Shown one piece after another: positions 50,415 through 62,100 of a stretch of DNA of 64,000 nucleotides. The translations under genes were made by a program, and so were the position numbers. Source of the DNA: Thecamonas trahens ATCC 50062 (lineage: Eukaryota > Protista > Apusomonadida); the NCBI RefSeq assembly GCF_000142905.1, contig NW_013657611.1:62001-126000 (forward strand). Direction: 5' to 3'. Position 1 is the stretch's first letter; each line of letters begins with the position of its first letter. The notes under the pieces were generated by a model. That model saw nothing but the letters and a program-made list of their open reading frames with translations, did not search any database and was not told the origin of the DNA.

Positions 50415-51335
50415 TCACGCGCTGGAACCGCAAGTCGAGGTGTGCCCGCCGCTGGCGGTGGGGCTGCCACAGTTGTCCGAGGCTGCGGAGAGCCAAGGCA
50501 GCGACGGCGCCGGTCCGTAACGGGCGAGGATAGCGTCGGCATCCTCGTCGAGGATGGGACTTGTGTAGAAAATCGGCGGTGACGGCAATGCGGCCTGCTT
50601 GACAAGTGCCGGGGACGGTGGAAGGTCTGGGTTGACGATCTCGGCGAGGAGCTCGCCCTTGGTGGTCCGCAGGGCGAGCGGGACCGAGCGCAGCACGTCG
50701 GGCTGCGGCGGGAGGCTCTTCTCGGAGTGAATAAACTTACAGCGGGTACCGTACGGACACATGCCGGTGGTCCAGAACGACTTGCACTCCTGCGTCTTGT
50801 ACTTGGGATGGCGGACAACCGGGCGGAGCTCGGCGGTGCCGTGTGCAAACTGGCACCGATCGCCATAACGGCAAGTCCCAGTCTCAGACCAAGCATTGCA
50901 GAGCTCAGTCTTGTACTTGGAGCCTTGCAACGCCTCCCGCGACTCACCGCGGCGAGCGCTGCCGCGCGACGGCGAGCGCGAGCTCGACGCAGACAGTGAG
51001 CCGGATGAGGTCGGCGGTGAGGTCGAGAGCGTCCGCGTCCGCGTCCGCGGGCGGTGCCTTCCTGAACGTTGACGATTCTTTTGACACGCGGCAAAATTCG
51101 AGCCTGACGTTCGTGAACAATGGTTGGCTTTGTCAAGAGAGGAGCGACGCATGTGCGAGCGACTATCAACAGCAGACAATGATGACGAAGACGATGAGAC
51201 CGAGGAGATGGACGAGACAGAGCTCTCGTCGTACGACGACGGGCCGTAGTTGCGGCTCATGCCCGATGCCGTATCCGCTCTGTTCTGCCGCAAGTGGGCG
51301 TTGTCGGACGACCGAGGCGGGCGGGGGCCAGTCAT
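50415..51335 (-). CDS. Tandem CCCH zinc-finger (TIS11/ZFP36 family) ARE-binding protein
   Basis: [26 protein letters not shown]-18aa-C with [29 protein letters not shown]. Confidence 0.93.
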   Translation of the reverse strand: MTGPRPPRSSDNAHLRQNRADTASGMSRNYGPSSYDESSVSSISSVSSSSSSLSAVDSRSHMRRSSLDKANHCSRTSGSNFAACQKNRQRSGRHRPRTRTRTLSTSPPTSSGSLSASSSRSPSRGSARRGESREALQGSKYKTELCNAWSETGTCRYGDRCQFAHGTAELRPVVRHPKYKTQECKSFWTTGMCPYGTRCKFIHSEKSLPPQPDVLRSVPLALRTTKGELLAEIVNPDLPPSPALVKQAALPSPPIFYTSPILDEDADAILARYGPAPSLPWLSAASDNCGSPTASGGHTSTCGSSA

Positions 51336-51709
51336 TGTGAGGCAGCTCTTGTGGTGCGGAGAGCGGGCGGGTTACAGTGCGACGCGAGCGAGAATAATGC
51401 ACAACCTAGCTGGTGGTAGATGCAAAAGGCAGGAGAGAGAGTACGCTTGTGGCCACACTTTGGTATGGGTCGGCGAGTCTTCACGAAGACTAGCTGCGGG
51501 AGGAGTGTGGCAAGACTGTCTGGTGTGGTCCAATTGACGCGAGGGCAGGCTGGACAAAAAAAGTTCCACGCGGCAAGCGGACATCGGGCCGCTATCCGCG
51601 CACAAGCGGGGAATTCCACCCAAATTGGCTACGAGGCGACAAAGCTGGCTGTTGAGCAGAAAGCTACTATGGGAGGAGGAACAGTTCAATGAGGCCACGG
51701 CCGAGGTCG

Positions 51710-53169
51710 TCACAGCGGCATGACGCCAAAGCCCGGGACCGGCATGCCCGGTGGCGGGAGCGGACCGGGGAGGCCGATGCCCGGCGGCGGCATGCCCGGA
51801 TAGTGGGCAGCCGAAGGCATGGCGGCGGGCGCGCGCGGTGGCAGCGTGCCAGACACCGGCATGTTGACGTAGGCATACTGCGGGACGCGCTGAACGACGT
51901 ACTTGTAGCCAGCCGAGGCCGGGCGCGACTGCTGCGCCGGTGCTGGCGCCGGCGCCGGCACCTCGACGTCGCGGGTAATGTAGACCGGCTCGGGCTCGGG
52001 CACACGCGGCGTGGCGGTGTTGAGCAGGCGGTTGACGGCCTGATTGCGCTCGTCGTGGGCGGCGCGAACGTGCTGCTTGAGGGCAAGAATTTCCTGGTTC
52101 TTGCGGCGCTCGGTCTCGCGGGCCTCCTGGCGAATCTGATGCATCTCTAGCTGCATCGAGTCGACGGCGTGCTGCTCGGCGAGGCGGGCGCGGCCGTCGA
52201 CACCGTAGCGAAGCTCGAGCTCGGCTTCCTGGCGCGCGTCGTACTCGACCTTAAACTGGCGCTCGAGGACGGCGCGGTCGTGCTCCATGCCTGCCAGCCG
52301 CGCCTCCATGTCCTTGATCTTGTGGCGCAGGTCGCGGAGCTCCGACAGCTCGTCGCGCGAGTACAGCCGCCGCTCGTGCGAGGCGCGCATGGCCTCGAAC
52401 GACTTGATGGCTGCGTTGAGCGCCTGGCGCTCGCGGCGCATCTGCCGGTCGAGCTGTTCCATGTTGCTCTGATCGCGAAAGTACACGTTGGCCTCGTGCT
52501 TGTAGCGGACGTTCTCGGCCACAAGGCCGCGGAGGTGGTCGTGCGCGGCAATCATCTCGTGATTGTACCCATCGTGGACCGCCTTGACCTCGTCTTCCAG
52601 TGCGTTGCGCTCGGCCACAGCCTTGAGGTACGCCTCGCGCAGGCGGTCGTACGCGTGCCCGCCGTCGCGGCTCGCGCGAACCCTGGGCTGTGCACGGCGC
52701 AGCGCCTCAACTTGCAGCTTGTACACGTCGCGCTCCTTGGCGAGAACGTCAACCTCGGCATTGAAGCCCTTGGCTGCTGCCAATGCATGCAGCCGCGCCT
52801 CCAGATCCTTCACACGCCGCGTGGCCAGGAACAGCCGGTTGTGCAGCAGCGCTGGCGGCTGCCCGCTCCCGGGCCCGCCGCCCATCGTTGCCGCACCTCC
52901 GCCCATGGCCGTTCCACCACCAGATCCCACCCACGTTCCACCAGCAGGCACCATGGGCACGCTCCCTGCACTGCCTCCGGTCCGGTAGCCAGCCGAAAGC
53001 GGATACTGCGTCGTCAGCACAGACGGCATAGCTGCGCACAGCCAACGGCGAGGATAGAAGGGGGGGGGGGTGAGTGCGAGGGGAGAGGGGGGAGGGGGGG
53101 GGAGAAAGCGAGGGGGGGAGAGGGGGGTGGGGTGGGGTGGGGGTGCGTACTGTTGTTGGCAAACGGCAT
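51710..53169 (-). CDS. Coiled-coil protein with proline-rich tail; probable intron 53150-53032
   Basis: Long heptad-rich E/R/L ORF; GTACGC...GCAG C-rich intron joins MPFANN to TMPSVLTT. Confidence 0.7.
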
Positions 53170-53569
53170 GCCTCTGCGGATTGCCGCTACTGAGGAGAGA
53201 GGGCTGTGGAGAGGAGGAGCAGGGGTGGGGGGGGGAGTAAAGAGGGGGGGTGGAGGAGGGGGGGTGGCCAACGGCTGCGGTGGGCAACGATGGAAATGAT
53301 GGTCAAGGACAACGATTGTTGTCAGTGACAGAGTACGACGGTTGGTTCGAATGTTGGTTGCTTGCTCGCATTCGGATGGTTGCCAATTGGTCGGTTCGTT
53401 TGTTGGTTCGTTCATGGGTTTGATGGTGGTTATTGTTGTTGCTGTTATTAAATTCGTTGCTGTGTTGAAGGGGGGGGGAGGGGCGGGAGTGTTGTGGTCA
53501 TTTCATTCATTGACCATCGATAAACTCCAAGGACTTCATTCACTCACACTCTCCTCTTGACGACACAGA

Positions 53570-54838
53570 ATGGTACGCCACACAGCCGAGTGAGGATGCG
53601 TACCCACTACCATGCATATGCTCTGCGCTTGCACACGTTACCTCCCCACCACCACCCTCCCCCACCCTCCCCACTCCCCCGCAAGTTGCTTCACTATCTG
53701 CCTGCCCTCGGCTTGCGCTCTTGCCATGCCCGTCCCCTAGTCGAGCCGGCACGGATGGCCCTCGCCAGGGCAGTTGCCGGCCCATCACCCCGACCGGTGC
53801 CCCCTCCCGCATCTCAGTCTGCCCCGCACCGTCAACGGCGAGCACACCCTCTAGCACACCCTTGTGTATGCTCTGCACATGGCTTGAAGTTGTGGTGTGG
53901 GCAGGCGGGGTGAGCAGGAACGGTGGGCCCCGCGGGGCCCTGCACCCGTGTCTGCGGCTTGCCAGCGTATTTTCTGTTTGTCTGCGCCGGGTACCCCGCC
54001 CATGCGACGGCCTACCGAGTGGCCACGACCTCGCACGAGACCATGAAGTGGAATCATGGATAGGCATGGCATATACCCAGAGGTAGATCATGGTTGTCAC
54101 CTCGTGATGGCTGTGGCTGGCGTGTGCGGGCCTCCCAGGGTGCGCCCGTGTTTTGTCTGATGTTTTAATTTGATGCCTCCGCTTTGGCACCACCACCAGA
54201 CACCCCCCCCTACTCCCCCAGCGACTCACCCACGGGCCTTGTCCGCCGCGCAACCACAGTTCACCGCCCAGTCGAAGCTGAAGCTTGCGAAGGACGCGAC
54301 GCCGTCCGAGCTCGAGCTCGAGCTCGCCAAGAACCTCTTTGAGCTGGAGATGAAGGACGAGGACCTCCAGGTCGAGCTCCGCGAGGTGCAGATCATTGCC
54401 GCGCGCAAGCACGTCATCGATGAGGAGACCGGCAAGGCCGCCATCATCATGTTCGTCCCGGTCCCGCAGCTGAAGCACGTCCAGCGCATCCACCAGCACC
54501 TCGTGCGTGAGCTCGAGAAGCGCTTCTCCGGCCAGCACATCCTCATCGTCGCCCAGCGCCGCATCCTGCCCATCCCGCGCCGCGCCCCGGGTGGCGTCCG
54601 CGTCTTCCGCCCGCGCTCGCGTGCCCTCACCACTGTCCACCAGGCCATCCTTGAGGACATCCTCTTCCCCGCCGTCATCGTCGACCGCCGCACCCGCGTC
54701 ACCATCGATGGCAAGAAGGTCCGCGTCCTCCTCGAGAAGCAGCACGAGACCCTCATCGGCTACAAGCTCAAGACCTTCTCCGCTGTCTACCAGCGCCTCA
54801 CCGGCCAGGTCGTGTCCTTCGAGTTCCAGGACGCCTAA
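53570..54838 (+). CDS. RPS7: 40S ribosomal protein eS7; intron 53573-54259 directly after the ATG
   Basis: KAAIIMFVPVPQLK, LVRELEKRFSGQH, AQRRILP, RPRSRALTTVHQAILEDI, FSAVYQRLTG; ATG|GTACGC...CACAG|TTC. Confidence 0.95.
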
Positions 54839-54891
54839 AAAAACACAAACGCTCAACTATCGCCACTCCCTTTTACTGTCATGTCGGCCCG

Positions 54892-56262
54892 CTACCGCTC
54901 CACGTCGTGCAGCCCGCCGACGTGCTCCACACGCCGCCGTCCGCAGACGCTGCAGCCACAGGCGCAGAGCCAGATGAACAGCACAACATACGCCGGAATG
55001 AGGACAACGGCAAAGATCTGAATGTGGCCGTCGGCGTAGGCGTTGAGGAGCGCAACCAGCGTGAGAGCGGCCGCAACCAGCGCCATGACCGTCTATGACC
55101 GCATTCGGTCCGATCGCCGCCGCCGCACCCGCACCCGCGGCACAAACGCCGGTACGCCCATGACCTCGTGTGCGTTGGAGAGGCGCCGCTGTCGCGGCAT
55201 CGAAGCGCCAACGGCCCCCGCCCGCCACACACGCGTCTCCGCGCCAGTCCGCGGCGATTCGAGCGCGTGCCAAGCCTCGTGCGCCACCACTACCGCCGCC
55301 ACAACATATGCCGGCGCGAAAACAAGCCACCATGGGAGGCTCGGGACCGTCCCGTCGCCCTTGAGCGCGAGCAAAACCAAGCTCGTCACTGTAGCCATCG
55401 CGCCGTGCGCCGCAGAGTCTGCTACCGCCACCAGATCGCGCCGAGTAAACGGCGAGGCCACGTTGGCCACAACGTACAAATAGCGCAGCGCAAACACCAG
55501 CACCGCGCAGCCCTGCACCATCAGCGGCAGCAGGATCCATCGCAGCGCAAGACTCTCTTTGAAAAACAGCAGGACCGAGGCGAGCGTCGGCGGGAGACTG
55601 AGGCCCGCCGCCGCCATCCCCGCCGCCATGTTCCCCACCCGCCCACTCCGCGTGAGTAAGTCAAACAGCAGCGCGCCGAGCACAAACAGCAACGCCCACG
55701 GCCAGACGAGCACCATCATCAGTGCGCCCGATGATGCCGAGTGCCCGATCTCGGTGTAGATGGTCAGCCCGATCGTTGTTGGCACCGCCGCCGCCGCAGT
55801 CAGCGCCACTGGCGCATCAGGCGCCATCCGCCACGCCCACCGCCAGCTCACCCACGGCACCGCATCCTCCCACTCTGGCAGCCCGCGCCGCAAAATTCGT
55901 CGCCGCACCGGCCGCAGCAGCGCCCGCAGTCGCCGGCACGTCCCCGCCAGTGCCAGCACGCTTCGATCGTCGCCCACCGCAGCCGCAATCTGCGCCACCA
56001 CCGCCGCCGGCATCGCCTCCAAACCCAGGATCAGCCCAGCTCCAGCCCCAGCCCCAGCCCCAACCCCAACCTCAGCCGCGCTCTGATCGCCATCACTACT
56101 GCCCATTCCCGCACCAGGTAACGGAGGCGGGCGGCGACGTGGCTGCCGGCCCGCTCGGCTCGTCACCCACGCAGGCAGCTGAGGTAGCCGCGCCGGCGGC
56201 CGCGGCGGCGGGCTCGCCACCTTGAGCCAGTCCGCCTGCTCCAACCGACGTGTTGTCGCCAT
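54892..56262 (-). CDS. F-box + TMEM185/Fragile-X-F-like multi-pass membrane protein, interrupted by an in-frame TAG at 55093-55095
   Basis: F-box LEAMPAAVVAQIAAAV..RSVLALAGTCRRLRALL; TM repeats LLALKGDGTVPSLPWWLVFAPAY and, after the TAG in the same frame, LLNAYADGHIQIFAVVLIPAY. Confidence 0.7.
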
Positions 56263-56464
56263 CCTCGTTCGTGGAGGGGGTTAGCGGAGACGGGTCTTGG
56301 GCGACGCCGGCGACAGAGTGTAAAGGGGAAGGAGGAGGGAGGGACCACCGGCAGCCGGTTGGTCAAGCCCGGCCGGTTGGCGTGCGGCGCGGTCCGGGGC
56401 AGACTTGATTGGCGGCAGCGTGTGATGAGAACAGGCGGTAATGTCCAGCGCCTACGGTAGCGGC

Positions 56465-56527
56465 ATGATGAGAGTGAGCAGTCATGTCCAGTCCAGAGGA
56501 AGGTATGATCATTGCGTCAAGATCTGA
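56465..56527 (+). ncRNA. Candidate box C/D snoRNA
   Basis: C box ATGATGA (56465), possible D'/C' CAGA/ATGATCA, D box CTGA (56524); upstream guide CATTGCGTCAA. Confidence 0.3.
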
Positions 56528-57198
56528 GATTAGCCGGCCGGCCGTGACGAGATGTAGGGCCCGTGGCGGGAGGGGGGGGGGCGGCGGGGGAAGCGAGGCA
56601 GGCGGAGCTGGGGGCAGCAGCAGATCAATAGCAATCTCCGAGCTCTCGGAGAGCCCGCAAGCTACCCGACAATCATCCAAGGCATGTGATGGCGACCGCA
56701 GCGCAGCGAGAGTGGTGTGATGGCGATTGGATGACTTGCCTTTGCCAGCGTATCGGGTGATGTTGACTATGACACCGCCATCGGATTGAACGCAATTTTG
56801 ATGATCACCCAAATGCAGCACTGTGGCCACAGAGTCGACAGCTGGCTATCGCAAGCACTATCGCAAGCACTATCGCACCACGGGAGCTGTTGCAGCTTGC
56901 AAGTATGTGTGCTACACTCAGAACTCCTTATTCTTCCGTCTTGTCCCCCCAGTTCCGCTCCAGCCGCGCGAGAGTGCCTACCATCGAGATGGGACTGGCC
57001 CGTTTCGTCTCTCCCCAACCCTCCCTAGCCGCAGCCCCAGCCAAGGCGATTTCCGCTCTGCGTTTCCAAATCTCAACCCCACACTTACGTCGCATCCTCT
57101 CGGTTATGCCCCCGCCTTCTGGATCTTGGTATCTCTCGCGTCTGCGGATGGCGAGGGCTCTTGACCCACATCACTCGACTACGCTAGCCGCAGTGACG

Positions 57199-58614
57199 AT
57201 GCGGGACGGCACTAGCCTCGCCACGCTCCCGCCCCCTCTCATCCAACATATCGCCGAGTTTTGTCCTATTCCAACCGTTTGCGCTCTTGCAGCGACGTGC
57301 ACGTCTCTCCGCGCAGCGCTCTATGTCTACACCGGCGCCGAGGTTGTTCTTGCGCGCACGGCGGCCGTTCTGGCTCTCGTTCCGCCGGCCGGCCTTCCGC
57401 CACTGGAGCCCGCCGCGTCCATTGCTGCTGCCGCCGATGTGGTGTATGACGAGCCTGGCGCACCGATGTGCGCCATCCATGGCCCATGGCCTGGCGCAAG
57501 GCCGGACGAGGATGCCTGTTGCGGCGCCAGCTGCTTCCGCTTGAACGGCATCGCCACCGTCGCTGCCGCCACCCTGACCGCTAGCAGTTTTGAGGCCGGC
57601 TACATGGCCCGTGGGCAGCCGGTCCTTCTTGACGGCGGCGACGAGTGGTTTGCACAGGCGCGGCCGGTGCTGACCGAGCTGGGCGCACTCGGGCGGCTGC
57701 CTGGCGCTGAGAGCGAAACAGTGTGCGTGGCGAGCTGCGCCCATCGCGAGTTCACCGACCAACGCCGTGACGAGATGACGCTCGCGGCGTATGCCGAGGA
57801 GCTGGAGCAGGTGGACGATGCCGAGATGGCTGCTGCCGCGGCGGCGGCGGAGGCAGGAGACGCCTGGGCTGCCTTTGATGCCCTTCCGGAGCCGCTACCG
57901 GATGTGCGGTACCTCAAGGACTTTCACTACCAAGAGGCCGCTGCCCGGCGCGCCGGATGGCCGTCTGCGCTCTACTCTCATCCGCCTCATTTTGCCACTG
58001 ACTGGCTCGGTGCAGGATGTGCTGCCGAAGCGCTGCCGTCTGACTACTCGTTTGTCTATGTAGGGCCGTCGGGATCGTGGACCCCGTTCCACACCGATGT
58101 CTACCGCTCGTTCTCGTGGTCGGCTAACGTGAGCGGGACCAAGCTGTGGATTCTTGTGCCGCCTGCGGCCGCACCGCGCCTCCGCGAAGGCATCGGCTCG
58201 TCCAACACACTTGTTTACGATCTCCGCGCCGCGCTGGCCGCCGATCCCGACCTGCCCGCAGTTGCTCTTGTCCAGCGAAGCGGTCAGGCCCTGTTTGTGC
58301 CCTCGGGCTGGGCCCACCAGGTCTTCAACCTCACTCGTGTTGCTTCTGTCAACTGCAACTGGTTCAACCATGCCAATGTGGCCGACATTGTCCTCTCGCT
58401 CGCCCGCGATGCCGTCCTTGTCGCGGCGCAGCTCGCCGATCTCGCTCCCGATCTCGCCGCCGACGAGTGGCGCGCCCTTGCCGAGCAGCTCCTGCTCGCC
58501 CACGCTGGCCTCAACTGGGCCACGTTCCGCGCCATCCTCGACGCTGTCATCCCGCGCTCGCTACCCGAGCGCATCATCCTTGCTCGCATCCGCCACTACA
58601 TTCATTTCCCGTGA
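57199..58614 (+). CDS. F-box + JmjC 2-oxoglutarate oxygenase, JMJD4-like
   Basis: F-box LATLPPPLIQHIAEFC..TVCALAATCTSLR; JMJD4-type YLKDFH, DWL, DYSFVYVGPSGSWTPFHTDVYRSFSWSANVSGTKLW, FVPSGWAHQVFNL, SVNCNWFN. Start uncertain. Confidence 0.88.
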   Translation: MRDGTSLATLPPPLIQHIAEFCPIPTVCALAATCTSLRAALYVYTGAEVVLARTAAVLALVPPAGLPPLEPAASIAAAADVVYDEPGAPMCAIHGPWPGARPDEDACCGASCFRLNGIATVAAATLTASSFEAGYMARGQPVLLDGGDEWFAQARPVLTELGALGRLPGAESETVCVASCAHREFTDQRRDEMTLAAYAEELEQVDDAEMAAAAAAAEAGDAWAAFDALPEPLPDVRYLKDFHYQEAAARRAGWPSALYSHPPHFATDWLGAGCAAEALPSDYSFVYVGPSGSWTPFHTDVYRSFSWSANVSGTKLWILVPPAAAPRLREGIGSSNTLVYDLRAALAADPDLPAVALVQRSGQALFVPSGWAHQVFNLTRVASVNCNWFNHANVADIVLSLARDAVLVAAQLADLAPDLAADEWRALAEQLLLAHAGLNWATFRAILDAVIPRSLPERIILARIRHYIHFP

Positions 58615-59122
58615 TCAGGCTGCTAATCCCCTTCTGTACGCCAAACCGCACAAAACCACTCCCGCCCACACTCGGTCTCACGCTCACGCTCACGCTCACG
58701 TCCCCCGCTCCCGATCCTGATCACGCTCACGCTCACACTCACGCTTCCCCCCCCCCTTCCCGAACTCTCCGCCCTCGCCCGCCTCCTCCCCTCCGTTCCT
58801 CCCCCCCCCTCCGTTCCTCCCCCTCCTCCGCACTCCCCCCCTCCCCCTCTCACTTCTCCTTCTCTGCCTCCTTCCCCCCTCCTCCCATTCCCTCCCCCTC
58901 CCCTACGCCGCCCCGCCCTGCCCCTCCCCCTTCCCCCGGCCGCCTGCCGACACGCGCCGGACGAAATTTGGACGGCCGGCGGGCGACAGACAACACAGCC
59001 AGCAACAGGCCGAGCCACCCGCACCCCATCCTCTCTCTCCCCCTCTCTCTCCCCAGCACTAACCAGCAGCACGGCCAGCCCACCAGAGAGTTGGACACCT
59101 TTCTGTCGCCGCAGTGGACGAC

Positions 59123-62100
59123 ATGGGCTCCCGTGCCGAGGAGCATGTGCTACCAGGCACAGAAGACAGCCGCCACAAAGGCCCAGTGCCAGGAACAGCC
59201 GCCATGGCCTCGCCCGTGCCCGCTCCGTCGGCTACGGCGGGGACCACTCCGGCGCCGCCTGTTGCTTCCAGTGCTGAAGGCGGGCATAGACAACAGGCTC
59301 CACCGGCAGGGACGGGCACACCTGCACGTGCCAAGCCGCCGGCGCAGAACGCCGGCCAGACGGTGACAGACGCTGCGGGCAGCGGGCTTAGTCAAGGTGC
59401 GCCTGCGGGCGAGCATGCGCCGCCGCCGTATGAGGCGGCAGAGAGTCCCGCGGTGACGGCTGGCGATGGCGACGGTGGTATTGACAATGGCGACGACGAC
59501 GACAAGGTCGGCGACAGCGTGGCGGAGTCGGGCCCGTCGTTTGCGGTTGGCTCGATTGTGGCCGGGCGGTTCCAGCGGTACGACGACGTGCTCGGGCAGG
59601 GCGCGTTCAAGACGGTCTACCGTGGCTTTGACACCGAGGAAGGGCTCGAGGTGGCGTGGAACGTGGTCAACACCCAGTCGTTTACCGAGGAGGAGACGAT
59701 TGCCATTCTCGGCGAGATCGACCTGCTAGGGCGAATGGAGCACTCGTCAATCATTGACCTGTACGGGTTCTGGCACGACGCCGAGAACGCGTGCGTCGTG
59801 TTCATCACTGAGAAAATGTCCGGCTCGCTGGCAGAGTACGTCCGCAGGCGCAAGCCGTCGCGCAAGGCCATCAAACGGTGGGCCCGGCAGATTCTCGAAG
59901 GACTCATCTACCTCCACACCCAGCTTCCGCCCATCATCCACCGCGACCTCAAGTGCGACAACATCTTTGTCAACTCGCACCTCGGCAACGTCAAGCTCGG
60001 CGACCTCGGCCTCGCCACCGCCATGACCGCGTCCGACCAGGACCAGGGCATGATCGGCACGCCGGGCTACATGGCGCCCGAGGTGTTCAACCAAAAGTAC
60101 ACTGAGAAGATGGACGTCTACTCATTCGGCATGTCTGTCCTTGAGATGGCGACCCAGCAGGTTCCCTACCGCGAGGCGTCATCGCTGATGGCGCTATGGA
60201 AGAAGCAAGACGATGGCGAGGCGCCCGAGTCGCTTGCGCTTGTCGACGACGACGAGCTCCGCGACTTTATCGCTATCTGCCTCGCCGACGCTGCCCACCG
60301 CCCGTCGGCAGCTGAACTGATGCAGGCGCCCTTCCTTGCTGTCCACTCGTACGACCGGGTCAACATCTACGCCTACTCGCCGCAGGTCATGGTCCTGGTC
60401 AAGTGTGAAGACGGCTCGGTGCCCGAGACCGAGCCCACCATCCTCCGCCTCCGTGAGCACGAGTCGTCAGCCGCCATCGAGGCCATGCGCGAGCGCGCGT
60501 CGGCCCGCTACGCCGCCGAGGCTGCACTGGAGGCCGAGGCCGCGGCTGCCGCTGCCGCCGCTGCTGCTGCCGCTGCTGCACAAGAGGCCAAGGAGCAGAT
60601 GCTGCAAAACATTGCCGAAGAGCGCCGTGCGCTCGAGGAAAAGCTGCGCGCGCTCTCGGAGCGCCAGCGCGCCATCAACGACGAGGCGCCGGCCCAACCG
60701 GCCCTGGCCACCCCAACCCCGGACGCAACCCCCGCCACTGTTGACGGCGGCGCGCACGAGCCAGCGTCTGAGCAGCAGCCGACATCTGCTGCCGACGCCC
60801 GGCAAAGCCCTCCGCCGCAGCCTGTTGCGCCGCTACCGCTCGGTGAGCCAACGCCCACCAACCCGCCCCCGTATCAGACTGGCATCAGCGGCGGCGGCGG
60901 CGCCGGAAGCAACGGGTCGGTTCCGCCGCTCGCGCTGAACGCGCTCAGGACGCCGTCGTCGCCGGTCGCCTCTGCAGGCGCTGCCACGCCGGGCTCTCCT
61001 GAGCTGAACTTTGCTCCCCTACCGGCGACCGGCTCGCCTCCGCGAGCCAGCCCGCTTGACTCGCCGGTTGCAAAGGCCATGCCCGCAGTTGCGATCGATT
61101 CGCGGCTGAAGGCTGGCCGGGACTCGATTGATTCTGGTTCGTACATGATCTCCCCGCGCCGGGTTCTCGAGTGGTCGGCCGAGACGCTGCCACAAGTCGT
61201 GCTCCGCAACGTTGACGCGGGGCAGACAATGGCCGAGTTTAAGGTATCATTCTTTGTTTCTGGCTCCCGCAAGTCTGTCAAGTTTATGTTCGACCTCAAT
61301 CGCGATACCGCGTTCATGGTGGTCGAGGAGCTGAAGCAAGAGTACGCACTCCAGCCTGCCCACGCTAGCCACATCCGTGACGCCATGGAGCGTCACCTCG
61401 CACAGGTCAAGCTCGGCTCGCATCCGATTCTCACGCAGCTCGCACCCGAGCCGAGCGCCCCGCCCGGTACTGTGGCCGGCGCAATGGTCCCGCGCCCCGT
61501 CACGCCCGAAATTGAGTACTCAGACGCGACGCCGTCAAAGCCCGAGCCAGTGCCGGTGTCTGGCCCGCCTACCCGCGCGCGTGCCAACTCGCACGAGCCG
61601 TCGCCGCCGCACTACGCGCCATCGCACGCCGCGGCGTCCATCCCCATTCCCACCGGCAGTGGCAGCGCCGCGAGCTCCAACGCGTCGCACTCGTCGCTCT
61701 CGGTCGCCTCCTCGCTCCCCACCGGGTGGCTTCCGACCGCCGCCGGCGCGCCGGGCACGGCTGGCTCCCACTTGCCTCCGGCAACAGCCGGCGATGTGCA
61801 GCCGTATGTCTCGCCGATGTATTCGATGCCTCGGGGTGCCCACGCCCAGGTCGGCACCCTCTTGCCCGGCGCCCACTACGCGCCTCCGCCTGGTAGCAGT
61901 CTTGGTCCCAGCCACACTCATGGCCGCGCCCATACCCTCCAGCCGCTTGACATCGGTGCCATCCGCAATGCCGCTGCCGTCGCCGCGCTCAACCCGGCCG
62001 CCGACAGCGGGCCGCACTCGGCCAACGCCGCCATCACCGGCACCACCCAGTACTTTCCTCCCGCCCGCCACGGCTCGCACCCTGCCACTCCCTCTGCCTC

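Noticed and set aside
50400-50460. Hidden CNOT1-binding motif (PRLAV/FQRV) in the TIS11-like gene
   Set aside because: The two halves lie in two different alternative frames and would need two shifts; the annotated frame reads normally to its stop.
53965-54060. U17/snR30-like m1/m2 motifs in the RPS7 intron (AGACCAT)
   Set aside because: Poor m1 match and no ACA box at the expected distance.
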